Shown: positions 39,787 through 51,499 of the stretch, piece after piece | Numbering within the stretch: the first letter of the stretch is position 1 | Layout: the number at the start of each line of letters is the position of its first letter | DNA from: Takakia lepidozioides | Taxonomy: Eukaryota > Plantae > Bryophyta | Reading direction: 5' to 3' | DNA length: 64,000 nucleotides | Assembly: GCA_030704615.1 (NCBI GenBank) | Contig: CM060732.1 | Coordinates: 38,688,001 to 38,752,000, forward strand | The notes under the pieces: model-generated | Told to the model about the DNA's origin: nothing | The model's database searches: none | The model's input: only the letters and a program-made list of their open reading frames with translations | Position numbers and translations under genes: made by a program

Positions 39787-40405
39787 TAAAACAATCTACG
39801 CAAAATTTATGGCAGTGGACTTGCCATAACTGATGTCGGTTTAAAGGCACAACTACCTCTTTCGACCGTGATTCAAAAATCTGAGTAACATAATTGTTTG
39901 TCAACGACTTTGTGACATGGAATAACGTACAGTACATAAAAAAAAATTTGTTGCTATGTACTGGATTTCAACATCCTGCTGTTTGTGAATTTTCATAGTA
40001 CTCAAGTATGATTGTTTGAAGTTGGTTGCAGTATCTACCTCTCAACAATTGGAGAAGATCTCTTTCGCTTCCCTAAAGCTGCATCTTCAGATGGAGATGG
40101 AGCATTAGATGGAGATGCAACTTTAGGGAAGCGAAAGAGATTTAGTCCAATTGTTGAGAGGTAAATACTGCAACCAACTTCAAACAATCATACTTGAGTA
40201 CTATGAAAATTCAGGAACAACAGGATGTTGAAATCCAATACATAGCAATAAAATTGTGTACTGTACGTTATTCCATGTCACAAGTCGTCGACAAAAAGTA
40301 CTGTTACTGAGATTTTTGAATCACAGTCGGAAGAGGTAGTTGTGCCTTTAAACCGACATCAGTTATGGCGAGTCCATTGCCATAAATTTTGTGTAGATTG
40401 TTTTA
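39787..40405. repeat. Long foldback inverted repeat (about 300-bp arms, about 20-nt loop)
   Basis: 39787-40088 is the reverse complement of about 40110-40405, with scattered, mostly transition, mismatches. Confidence 0.95.
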
Positions 40406-41224
40406 AACTTGCTTCACCATCAACCATAGCACCTGAACCTAGCACATGTAGCAACTCCATTCATCTTACTATCTAATTATATATACATGAATTTATTAAT
40501 ATAATCTTTTTCTAATTATAAATGTTCAATTCCATTCTAAATAGTATTACACCATTATATATCATATATTTCTATTTTTAACAAATCTATAAGTGTACAC
40601 TTCATTTAAATATGTTTGACACGTCTATACATATATGTAACACCCGTTGATTGATCTCTAGTTGTAGGTGTGTTGGGCTAGCCTTATAGGCAGTTTTTGG
40701 ACGTTTCCATTACTAAGCAACTATTATTGACGTCAGCGGATCAAATTTAGATTTTTGAGCAACTAATGCACTGAGCACTCAACCACTCAAGCACATGGTA
40801 ACTTTAGGTTATTTTTATAAAAGAAAAGGATTGTTCAAATTTATACTTTTAATAAAATGGGCTCTTAAACCTTTTTTGCTCGAGTCCGAGCATTGAGCGG
40901 CTCAAGTCCGGGGCCTTGAGTGGCTTGAGTGGCTCAAGTCCGGACCTTAAGCGGCTCAAGTTCAGGCACTAAACAAGTTTGTCATTAGTTTTTTTTTAAT
41001 TAAAAAAAATTGAAAAAAAATATGTCAGTTATATTTTGGTTTTATTATTTAATTTTTAACAAAATGGACAAAAGTCAAAAAAAAAATTTAATTTTTATAA
41101 AACATTTATGTACATATTTATATTTTATGGTCAAATGTAATTCTAAAATATATGTTCAGATGAATTACTTTTTGATAGTATTAATTTTTTTAATTAATAA
41201 TTAAAATCATAATTTCAATAATAG

Positions 41225-41515
41225 CGATACCCCTTGTGAAGTTTGTAAACACCGATCCCCCTAATGAGTTTTGGAAACACTGATCCCCTTTAACAAAACT
41301 TTGGAAATCACCGATCCTGCTAGTGAAGTTTGCAAAAACTGATCCCCCTAATGAGGTTTGGAAACACTAATGCCCCCAATGAAGTTGGCAAACAATGCTC
41401 CCGCCCCCCTGCCGATCTTTCAAAACACCAATCCTCCCAATGAAATTTGCAAATAATGATCCCCTGCATAACTTTGAAAACACAAATCCCCCCTTTGGAA
41501 CTTTGAAAACCAGAT
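41225..41515. repeat. Degenerate minisatellite, about 29-bp period, about 10 copies
   Basis: Approximate consensus CACCGATCCCCCTAATGAAGTTTGGAAA. Confidence 0.8.
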
Positions 41516-42199
41516 GTATGATAATAATTCACAGCGGTATGAAAGAGAGAGGTAAGGGGGGCATTCCCATTTCCATTCCATAGTGGGCAAATTACATGTG
41601 CTGTGGAAAGCGTGTTCGCTATTCTATCCTATTATGCATGTCAGTCATGCCAAGTTTTTTTTGTTTTTGGATAGGAATGGAGATACCACCCACACATCCT
41701 GGGCTTCTCTAGGATGGACACCTGACAGCCTACGATCAAAGTGTGCTTCCACCCAATGATCCAGTATCCATCTTGCAAGAAAATCCTGAAACAGCATAAT
41801 CCCATGTAAACCAGTGACCCTTTGTGAGGGCTTTCCCCCACTTCTTTGTAATTTTTGTTTCCACGTACTTCTCTATGTATGTCATCACAAAATTACCCGC
41901 ACTCCCACCCCCCTGCCTACGCAGGAACGTGAGGTGTGAGCCACTCCCAGTCCATAATGTTTTTCCACAGAGCTGAGCTGGGTTCAACTTTGTGTATCTT
42001 ATCCTAGTACGAATATGCGGGTGGTCTCTACCCGGCAAACCACTTGATCCCAAAACCAGACCTTCTCACCCCACTGGTACAATGGCTTGCAAGTAATACG
42101 ATCTTAGGATGTCCGCTAGCAGAGCTGGATTTTGACCTGATGGAGTGGTCCTGAAAATTCTCAAGATCGCCAAAGCCGTTATTTAGCTACACCACAAAA

Positions 42200-43761
42200 A
42201 AAGGTTACAATGCACTATCCAACTTCCATTGCTAAAGAGCAAATGGGTAGCTAGATGGGAGCTCTATGGCTTTCAAAATAAGAATTGGCGAGTCATATGG
42301 AGCTCTATGTGGCTTAAGGCACGTCCTACCAAGATTGCTGCTCTTTTCTGGTAGGTGGTAAATAAAGTACTCAAAGTGGGGAAATGGCTTCAGTTCCAGG
42401 CTGCTCTTCTATGTAACTGTTGTGCAGCAGGCATCATGGAAATCGCTGGAGCATTACCTTCTCTTTTGCCAAGCACCAGCCAAATTATGGCCTTCAATGA
42501 ATTTACTCTTCTACAGAAATTGGAACACCAAATCCCTATCCTCTTTGGACCTTCTACTCAACTATGATCAAGCCATTAAACAGAGATCGGTAAACCGTCA
42601 AATTTTTGAAACCCTCCGGAGATCGACTCTTTGGCATATAATATGGAAAATCTATTGCAAAAACGTTTTCTGGTGAGACCACCACCATCTCTGTCCTTAT
42701 TTTTAATGTTTTTTACGATTTAGGAGTGGCAAGAATGCTATCCCCTAGTGCGAGCCCGTTGGTGACCAAAAACTAGTGAATAAGCGAGCGAGCCGGAAAG
42801 CGACCAAGGAGAGGGGAGCTATTCCGGATTGTCATCTACCAAAGGGAATTTCCACTAGGCCCAAATAGGTGGAGGGTCTTTTGGAAGAGTAAAGGGGGAC
42901 CGTTATGTCCCGGTGTGCAGCCGAAGCTCCAAGTTGGCCCGGCCGCCAGGTTGGGAGTTAGGTGCGCGCATCAAAGCGAGTAACTATGACTTGAAGGGGA
43001 GCTTACCAAAGTGAGGTGCACGACACATACGGTAGCGTTGCTGTAGGGGTGGAGTCAAGAAAGGCATGGTCTAAAGCATGTGCAAATATCCAGCGGAACT
43101 CGAGGAACGCGGCTGCCATACATGCTACCTTCCAAGACACTTGGGGCAAATGAGGGCTCATCTGCAGTTCCCGAGCGATGGACATCTGTGTTTGGACCGA
43201 CCTTCCTCCCCTCCGCTGGCGGGACCACCACGCGATCCTCCACAATGTCTCCTAAGTTTGAGTTCGAGCGTGACATCAACTCGAAGCACTTGAAGCCTTC
43301 CTCTACAGTTTCAAGGCTTCGTTACAGATAGAGCAGTTTCTTACGAAGTGTGTGACCTCTTGCCTAGTCTTCTTGTTTCCTCCATTGTGGCTTTTGGTGC
43401 AACTACCTTTTTTCATAGGATACCTTCCTTTGGAGCCAATCTGGTTCCCTTCATGGATTTAGGAAATCTGTAGTATCCAATAAATCTACCATAGCGCAGC
43501 TTGTAGGAGCTGTCTCTTGGACAGGTTAATGTTATTCGGTAGTTTGATAGTCATTTCTTAATCACTCTCTCCAGCGGAGAAGAAGAATTCGACAATCACT
43601 GATTACGGTACGGTGTGTGTGCCTTATGGTGTTAAAGGGGTTTTTATTTTTTTCCCCAAATAAACCCAAATAACTTGTAAAGGCTCTCTAGCCTCCCAAA
43701 ACTATTTTATAATAAAGTTAATCAGGGCTACAATCCCCCTGTTCTGTTAAAAAAACAAAAA
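42200..43761 (+). mobile_element. Old L1-like LINE 3' remnant, interrupted by a non-LINE insert at about 42720-43400
   Basis: WSSMWLKARPTKIAALFW, SLEHYLLFC and FETLRRSTLWHIIWK parallel the zf-RVT region at 29500-29850. AATAAA and an A-rich tail lie at 43711-43761. Confidence 0.6.
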
Positions 43762-43784
43762 TGGCTACATATATATATATATAT

Positions 43785-43973
43785 GTTGGATACAGTTGGG
43801 TTGGATACAGTTGGAAGGAGCACCGGGTGACTGAGTTCAAATCTTGCTACCTTGTCAGTTTGGTATTCTTCTCCGCCTTCCCTTGGGTGGTGTCCCTTGG
43901 GCCTTGTACTTGGCCCCCTCATGGAGAGGCAGGCTATTAGGGTTGGAGTGTTTCGCTTTAATGAAAAAAAAAA
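43785..43973 (+). mobile_element. Possible tRNA-derived SINE
   Basis: B-box-like GAGTTCAAATC at about 43833, A-box-like TACAGTTGG upstream, and an A10 tail at 43964-43973. Confidence 0.35.
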
Positions 43974-44843
43974 GTTAATCATGGGTTTTGGCTACCGTTC
44001 CTCATGCCAAGTTTGCTTATCACTGGCTCACAAGAGAGGCCGGACAAACAAAATAATTTGTAGTTAGGGTAAGACACCCTGAAACTGATTTGGCAAGTCA
44101 CTACTTCCATCCATGCATATGATCTTCCAAAGCAGATTGCAGTGCCTGTGATCAATTGAAAAAATCTCGGGCAAACCTCAAAGGGCGGAAGTACCTGGGG
44201 CAAGTTACTTCCCCTATACAAAACATCTACACGGCCACTAAAAACTGAATTGTTTGAACTTGCGTCTGTAGTTTCTCAACAACTGTCAGAATGGCAAATG
44301 TTGTTAACCCTTCAGATTGCCTCATCTTCAGGGAAGGTCCTCCTACATTTCAAAAATAATTTTCACTTCCCATCTCTTTTAGTTTACAATGTAGCCTGCC
44401 TTGCCTAATGCTAATTACATAGCTTCCCATCTGTCGGTCTCAACTTGATCCTCCTGTTTAAGCACACAACATGGGTGTCCAAGGACAGGCGTCCGTCCAC
44501 TCTTCAAACGGAGAGAATTCTAGAGGGAGTCTTAACTGGTGATTGACATGTCCAGCTCGTATCCTAGGAGGCAAGACGCACAGTTGGAAAAAGCCGATTG
44601 ACTTGATGAATCAAATCATCTGGAATGGCACCATTAGAAGTTCGACGCGCAACTGACCTCTGACCGATTCTAGCCCCCACTCACCATCCTCATAATCCTC
44701 CTGGGCAACAGCACTCTGCCATCGCCCAATAGTTGCACCTACGACCTGCAGTAGGCGTCCAAGCCCCAGAACCAGTGGTTGGCCAGGCTCAACATCACCA
44801 CCTGGGAACAGGATGTCAGCCCTACGACTTATCGGCATAGCCA

Positions 44844-47382
44844 CTAGAGGCCCCCACCACGCATGTGGGCTCCGAGCTCTCCAAACTGCTCATCAGCCTC
44901 TTCTGTATCAAATGAGAGCCTCACAGCATCCAACTTGGTTTTCAAGATCTCCATTGCATTAAGAAACATCTGAGTAGCCTTGATGGCTCCGGTGGACTCT
45001 ACCGTGAAAATGAAGCTATCTTCTTTGCTGTAAATCTCTACCAAACCAGGCTTGCCCATGGCATCTGCCTTCTTGATGACTTCTTCATCGTAGGTGTATG
45101 CTTCTGGGTCCACCAGCACCACCTGCATGTTTAGGTGAATCTAAGTGCAGATTGTGAGCTGCAAGATCTTGCATAGCAGCAAACATACTAACTACCAGAT
45201 AAAACACAGCGTAATGTAACTGAACAAGCCCAACTGAATAATAAAACTCAGAGAAGACCAGCACTAATTGGTAAATTATGTATGTTGACTAGTGGGTGTA
45301 ATAATTATTTCACTGGAATTGACATGCTCAGCAATCGGATGAGAAGTTGTGTAGAAAAGGTTCAGAGACTGGCCTGTTGAGTGTTTGGGTCAAGTTCAAA
45401 CACTTTCGTGGGGCTGCTCTCCACCCACTCGCGCTTTTCATCAAGAGACAAAGTTTCCATGAGAGCTTCATTGATGTGGATGTCTGGCTCATACTGAAAT
45501 GTCACAGTTGCCGCTGGTGACCATTTAGCATGGTCTTTACCAATCCCCTTTCTCGCTATTGCCCGTAGCTTCAGCTCCTGGCCACGTCGCAACTTCACAA
45601 TCAAGATGCCCCTGTGTGATCCAACTTAGTCCTTCAGTTTTTTTTGCTAGCAACTCTGGAAACCTATAGCATGTATGAATTACCTCTACTGCCTCTAATA
45701 ATTGAGTAAGGACTCACACGCGACCTGCAGCACTTTAAACCAAGGATATGGTCCACCATCATCACCAACGAGGGGGTAACATAGCTTGAAGAATGACTTG
45801 TAGTTTTGAGATGATGAAGGGTACTACAGCAATCTGGAAGATCTACCAATGTACTCAGAGACACAGAAAAGAGTTTAACGCCAAGCTGGCGGGGGGGGGG
45901 AAGTTTGCCTTTGTTCCGGGGGATCAAAGCCACCATGGTCAGTTTGGCGGCCAGCAGAATCTACTGGAGCCACTTGATGATCAGAGCTCTGCAAGTCGTG
46001 GCTGGTCACATCCAGTGTCTGCTCTGTTGTGCACTTCACATTCAAGTGAAATTCAATTGAGCAGTATTCACACCTGCAATCACCAGGAGTTAAAGCCATC
46101 GCCTTCCACCAGACGCTCTACATAAACAGCTTCCCTTGTTTCGACTTATAGCAGTACCCTTCAATAGGCCTCTATGTTCTTACAGGACATATGAACGTCA
46201 TAGTAGGAAAGGCGGAAATGGCACCCTCAATGCCATTTTCTGTCTCAATGGCTTTGGCCAATTCAGGAATCAGTAGTTCTCTTTTTCACCTGCACAGGCT
46301 TTGAAAATACTAACAAGTGCTTGTTAGATGGTTCTGAGTATTTTAGTTGCATGAACCCTGGTTGTTAGAAATTTGAAGGAGCAGTACAACATGCCGAGGG
46401 CTACTTTTCACCCAGAATTGTCTTGCATCGTTGTCTCTGCTCATTTCTTGCTCTCCTGGAAACTAGCCATACATGCCCTAAACTTGCTGTGGTATTCTGT
46501 TTTCCAAATATGCATTTTAAACTGCAGCCTCACCCTTTACAGGATCAACAGAGATGAAGAGAACCTATGCAACATTCAGCCCTTCTGTTTGGCATAGCAC
46601 ATCTACACAACTTCCCTGAGTTCCCCCCACAGTCCAGGGTTTAGGGTTTAGGTGTAGACTCTGTGTGTAGACAAACTTCAACTCAGAGATTGCGATAGCA
46701 CCACTCAGAACAGCCATGGATCTGACTTGACAGCGTCCTTGCAAAATGGGAATGCCTCAAAAGCGGCATGTGTGTAGAGTTGATTAGTTTTGTAGCCTCC
46801 AGGACCACCAATATTTACAGGGAGAGGAGAGAGCTGTACTGGTTGTCCGTTCCCTGTAGATGCTGGCTTTGAGATACAGTTGAGACTGCCTGATACTAAC
46901 CTTCCGAAGTCAGGTGGGCAGGTTCTAAATCGCAATAGCATGAAAGTCCGCACGCAAGTTTAGGGCATGTATGGCTAGTGTCCAGGAGAGCAATAAATAA
47001 GCATAGACAACGATGCAAGACAATTCTCGGCACCTGAGCAAAGGTTTTGGACTGGCTGCCAGGATAAAAGGGTTAGAAAGGAAGGCTACCTGCCATCCCC
47101 ATCGCAGGCATCGCAGTCACGGGAGAGCCGCATTTCCATGGCGCGCTCACTTGTAAGCGGTATGAGCCCAAGTCTGTGAGCCAAGAACTCGTCGTTCAGG
47201 ACTGAAGTATTGTTCTCGATTTCCACCAGATCAATGGCCACCGTAGGAACTTCTGCGATCATAATCCGCCGCAGCGCATTAGCAATGCTGGCATCAGTGT
47301 CACGCAGCTCGAATTTAAGAAACTCATCCTTCATCTCCCGAATACGCACGGTTGGGAACCGTTGATAGGACACATTGTCCAT
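44844..47382 (-). CDS. NRPB3: DNA-directed RNA polymerase II (also IV/V) subunit 3; exons 47382-47090, 46073-45909, 45611-45374, 45122-44844; 324 aa
   Basis: Motifs [75 protein letters not shown] and [10 protein letters not shown]. The spliced model is an open 975-nt frame if introns 2 and 3 use GC donors. Confidence 0.96.
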
Positions 47383-49678
47383 CTCTCCACGCAGTAGTTG
47401 GCTTCACCCGTGTATCTCTTGCGTGTGTCTCCTTGGTTTGTAATCTCACGCAGATCCTTGGAACATGTGGGTATTGACTACCAGAGGGCGAAAGGCGAAA
47501 GTTTGATGAATCAAAGTACATCAAACATGCCGTGCCCTGTCACAACTTACGAGGCCGAAGTCCCCACAAAGACAGAGAACGAGAAAGACTTCCCACCCTC
47601 AAAGGAACTGAAATGAAATGGAATGATACTTTATAACGTCCACAGAAAGCTCAAAGGCTCAGACAGAAAAAGTGGCGAACAACCACAACGAGAACGAGCA
47701 GACAGACAGTGGAAGATGAAGAAGATAGTGGCCCGTTTGCAAAGTCGTGAAAAACGTTCATTTTTCACCTCTCACCCGTGCCAAGTTACTAAAACAGTGC
47801 AAACGTTTGCACTAGCAACCGTGTTGCCCCAGTTACGGCCGTTAGAAGGTATCCAGTATAGAGGATCAAAGCTCGCAGGTTGGTTGCTGTCTCCACTCTC
47901 TCGTCCCTATCACGGGGCGCAGGCATGGCAGCTGACATCGGAGCTCTCCTGATGAACATGCAGGTGGCGACCGTGCTCCAGACCCTGTTTTCTCCTTCCG
48001 GTGAGCTGGTGGGGGGCCTCAGATCATGCAGCAAATTTATGGGTCAGGCTCTGTGGAACCGAAACGGATGTCCACTGAGCAATTTCGGGCACGAGATCCT
48101 CGGAAGTGATGGCTATGGCGTCTGCCAGGAGTGCAGGGGAACGGAAGAAAGTTAAACATGAGAATGTTAACGTATTTAATTGGGTCTCTACATTGTGTGC
48201 ATCGGAGCTGTACAAGCTCCAATTTTTTCTCCATCCATACGAGCAGAAACTACCGCCATTTTGGTCGAGGATGGTCATGGCATGGTCATACAAGGGCTCT
48301 AGAGGAACGTGAGTACAATCGGCACCCTTCTTCTCCTAGATCAGTTCCTGCAATGTCGTGTGAAACTTATGATACTTAGAGGGGAGAGAGAGACTGAGAT
48401 ATGCATGAGTAGCTTGCGGCCAGGACCCCGTGGAACATCCTGTTCTTGTTGGGAATTACCCAATGCAATGGTGGATGGTCCAGTGAGAGTGTGGATCTAA
48501 TTCGCTTGTGAGCGGGAGCGCTATTGGAATTTCGCTTCTGGATTTTGTTAGGGTTGCAGAGTATAGGTACATAGTCTGGTCGAAAAGGAATGCGAGTATG
48601 CTCCACAAATATACCCTGGCTTGAGGGGCAGCACTGTTATTTTAAGCCCTTTCAGTCTGTTCTGCAAGAGCTGTACTTTTTGGTATGTTTCTTGTGTGCA
48701 TGAGTGCGAGACAACAGGAAGGAAGGGATTTGTTTTTCCAATGCTGCGTTAGCACTCCTCAGTTGACACTGGAACTTGGCGGGAAGTGCTCACATGGTTG
48801 GAGTTCTGGCACACAGGTCAAGCAATGAGCATAGATTGGCTCTGGCAGCAGTTCTTCTTGGATCCTTCCCAGTGGTGGGACCACAGGTTGAAGAAGGTAT
48901 TTTCATGTGGGACTGATAGAAGAACTTGTCATGTGTCTGAGCTGGCATGATAATGTTTTGTAGCCTGAATTGTATCCTCAACAACAACAAAAGGGTTTCT
49001 AGTCTGGGTCAGGAGGTCGTCCTCACTTGCATGACATGAAAGCAGGTGTTTGAGGCCCCTGCAATTATAAAAAGGGGCTTAAGAACATTGATGGTTTGAG
49101 CTTCGTCTATACAAAGCTATGGCTGCTAAGCTCTCGACTCATGGTTTGTGCAGAAAAATTCAAAATCACCAGACTTCAGACATAAGCACACAAAGGAGGT
49201 CCTTTGGATTAAGAGTTGTTCAAACCCCCCTTGGGTGAAAGCCGAACTAGCTGCCATGTTACAAGGTCGACCTCAACAAGGTGATGGCTGTAATGGTGGT
49301 GTACCCCAGGCAGCGCCAAGAAAAGAATACAATGGGTATGGTTTCGATGAGGATTCAAGGGGCTCAACTGAAATAGAAAGGAATTGGTATGCTTTATTCT
49401 CAAAGTGCAGGAGATCGTAGTTTTGAAACCTTTTTCAGTAAGTCACGGAGGCAGTTCTCTGAAATATCTGGAAGTTCTGAGAAATATGAAATGAGTTCAT
49501 TCTTGTGTGGATGGCTCACGTAGCTTAGGAACCTTCTTGGTATGTAGCAAGGTTGCACTTTGAAGTATCTAGACTTGCTGAATGAGTTTGAGTTTAAGGG
49601 TTTGTACTAAGACTGGCACATCCAACTGATGGCAGGGTTAACACCTTCACTGCCCTTGAACTGAGACCGAGAGAGGAA

Positions 49679-51451
49679 GTGAGCAAGATCTCTTCTGGCA
49701 GTTGTGGAGATGTGAGGACACTTTGTAAGGAAGGACGAGGAAATGAGGTACTGCGCATTTTGAACCAACGATGCATCCAAGCAGACTCCAATATTTATGT
49801 GTACCTCTTGCGGGAGTGCACCAATATGAAAGACCTAGCAAAAGGAAAACAGGTGCACGCCCACATAATCGAAAGTGGATTCAAGCCAAAACTCTTTCTC
49901 CTCAACAATCTTATCAAAATGTATACCAAATGTGGGAGTGTAGTGGATGCCCGTCGAGTGTTTGACAAAATGTCTAAACGAGATATGTTTTCTTGGACCA
50001 CGATGATGGCAGGATATGCCAAGCTTGGAGATGTTGTGGAGGCTCTCAAATTCTATGAGCAAATGCAAGGGGAAGGGGTGACCGCTGACAAGGTCACATT
50101 CATTTGCGCCCTCAACGTGTGTGCCACAATAGGAGCCCTGGAAAAGGGCAAAAGCGTTCATGGTGATATTATGAAAGCTGGAATTGCATCATACATTAAC
50201 TTGGAGAATGCCCTTGTTGACATGTACGCCAAATGTGGGAGCATAAAGGATGCACGTCAAGTGTTTGACAACCTGGCTGAAAGAGATTTGGTCTCATGGA
50301 ACACCATGATCTCAGGCTATGCCCAGTGTGGGTGTGGTGAGGAGGCTTGCAGCATGTATGAGCAAATGCAACAGGAAGGTGTGTTGCCCAACAGAGTGAC
50401 TTTCGTTTGCACGGTCAATGCGTGTGCAAGCCTAGGTGCTCTGGAAATGGGCAAGCAGGTCCACTCCGACATCATCAAAGCTAAAATTGCGTCAGAGATC
50501 ACCTTGGAGACTGCCCTTGTGGACATGTATGCCAAATGCAAGAGCATAAAGGAGGCACGTGAAGTGTTTGACCATATGAGTAAACGAAATGTGGTCTCTT
50601 GGAACGCCATGATTTCAGGATATGCCCTGTGTGGGTGTGATAGGGATGCTTTACGTATCTATCAGCAAATGCAATGGGAAGGGGTGATGCCTGATACTGT
50701 GACATTCAACTGTGTTCTCAAATCATGTGCCAGCCTAGGAGCCCTGGACAAGGGTGAAGAAGTCCATGCTGACATTATCAAAAAAGGACTTGCTCCAGAT
50801 ATGCTCTTGGAGACGGCCCTGGTCGACATGTATGCTAAATGTGGAAGAATAAAGTGTGCACGCCAGATATTCAACAATATGGCTATTCGAGATGTGGTCT
50901 CCTGGAGTGCTATGATCACTGGATATGCTCAGCATGGATGTGGTAGGGAGGTCCTTGATATGTTCAAAGAAATGCAAGTGGAAGGTGTGAAGCCGAATGC
51001 CATCACCTTTATATCTCTTCTGTCTGCTTGTAGCCATGTGGGCCGGGTGGATGAAGGCCAGTACTACTTCGAGGCCATGATCCAAGATCATGGCCTCACA
51101 CCCACATTGGAGCATTTTGGCTGTATGGTAGACCTCCTTGGCCGTGCAGGGCAATTGGATGAGGCAGAGGACTTAATTAACAAAATGCCAATTCAACCAG
51201 ATTCTTCGGTGTGGAGGGCTTTGCTTGGTGCCTGCAGAATACATGGGGATATGGAAATAGCAGAACGTGCTGCCAAATTTGTTCTGAAGTGGGATCCACA
51301 GCACCTTGCAGCTAATCTGCTGCTATCAAACATCTATGCTGCAACTGGCAGGCAGAACAATCAAGTAGATATGAGAAATATTGAAGAGACATGTTCCAGC
51401 ATAAATGATGCCATGTCCAGCTGTAGTGAATCCGGACGCAGGAAGGAGTAA
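49679..51451 (+). CDS. PLS-class PPR protein with E motifs, PPR locus 3; true start uncertain
   Basis: Uninterrupted 590-codon ORF: (L1-S1-P1)x3-L1-S1-P2-L2-S2, E1 (SSVWRALLGACRIHG) and an E2 start (LLLSNIYAATG). The frame is open back to about 49598 with no ATG before the first L motif. Confidence 0.9.
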   Translation: MSKISSGSCGDVRTLCKEGRGNEVLRILNQRCIQADSNIYVYLLRECTNMKDLAKGKQVHAHIIESGFKPKLFLLNNLIKMYTKCGSVVDARRVFDKMSKRDMFSWTTMMAGYAKLGDVVEALKFYEQMQGEGVTADKVTFICALNVCATIGALEKGKSVHGDIMKAGIASYINLENALVDMYAKCGSIKDARQVFDNLAERDLVSWNTMISGYAQCGCGEEACSMYEQMQQEGVLPNRVTFVCTVNACASLGALEMGKQVHSDIIKAKIASEITLETALVDMYAKCKSIKEAREVFDHMSKRNVVSWNAMISGYALCGCDRDALRIYQQMQWEGVMPDTVTFNCVLKSCASLGALDKGEEVHADIIKKGLAPDMLLETALVDMYAKCGRIKCARQIFNNMAIRDVVSWSAMITGYAQHGCGREVLDMFKEMQVEGVKPNAITFISLLSACSHVGRVDEGQYYFEAMIQDHGLTPTLEHFGCMVDLLGRAGQLDEAEDLINKMPIQPDSSVWRALLGACRIHGDMEIAERAAKFVLKWDPQHLAANLLLSNIYAATGRQNNQVDMRNIEETCSSINDAMSSCSESGRRKE

Positions 51452-51499
51452 ACATTTGATGTGTCAGAAAATGTGCATCCATAAATGGCGGGAATTCAT

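Noticed and set aside
41225-41515. CRISPR-like regularly spaced repeats
   Set aside because: Units are degenerate along their whole length with no unique spacers, no cas genes are present, and the context is eukaryotic. It is a minisatellite.
43714-43981. 11-bp TSD (AAAGTTAATCA) around a single retro-insertion
   Set aside because: The left copy overlaps what looks like the polyadenylation signal and tail of the preceding LINE, so the match may be coincidental.
47623-48606. Cluster of 60-110 aa ORFs between NRPB3 and PPR locus 3
   Set aside because: No recognisable domains or consistent splice pattern; probably promoter/UTR sequence.
36916-51154. Antisense ORFs over the PPR genes (also over tubulin and the LINEs)
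   Set aside because: These are shadow ORFs caused by codon structure on the coding strand, with no independent motifs.
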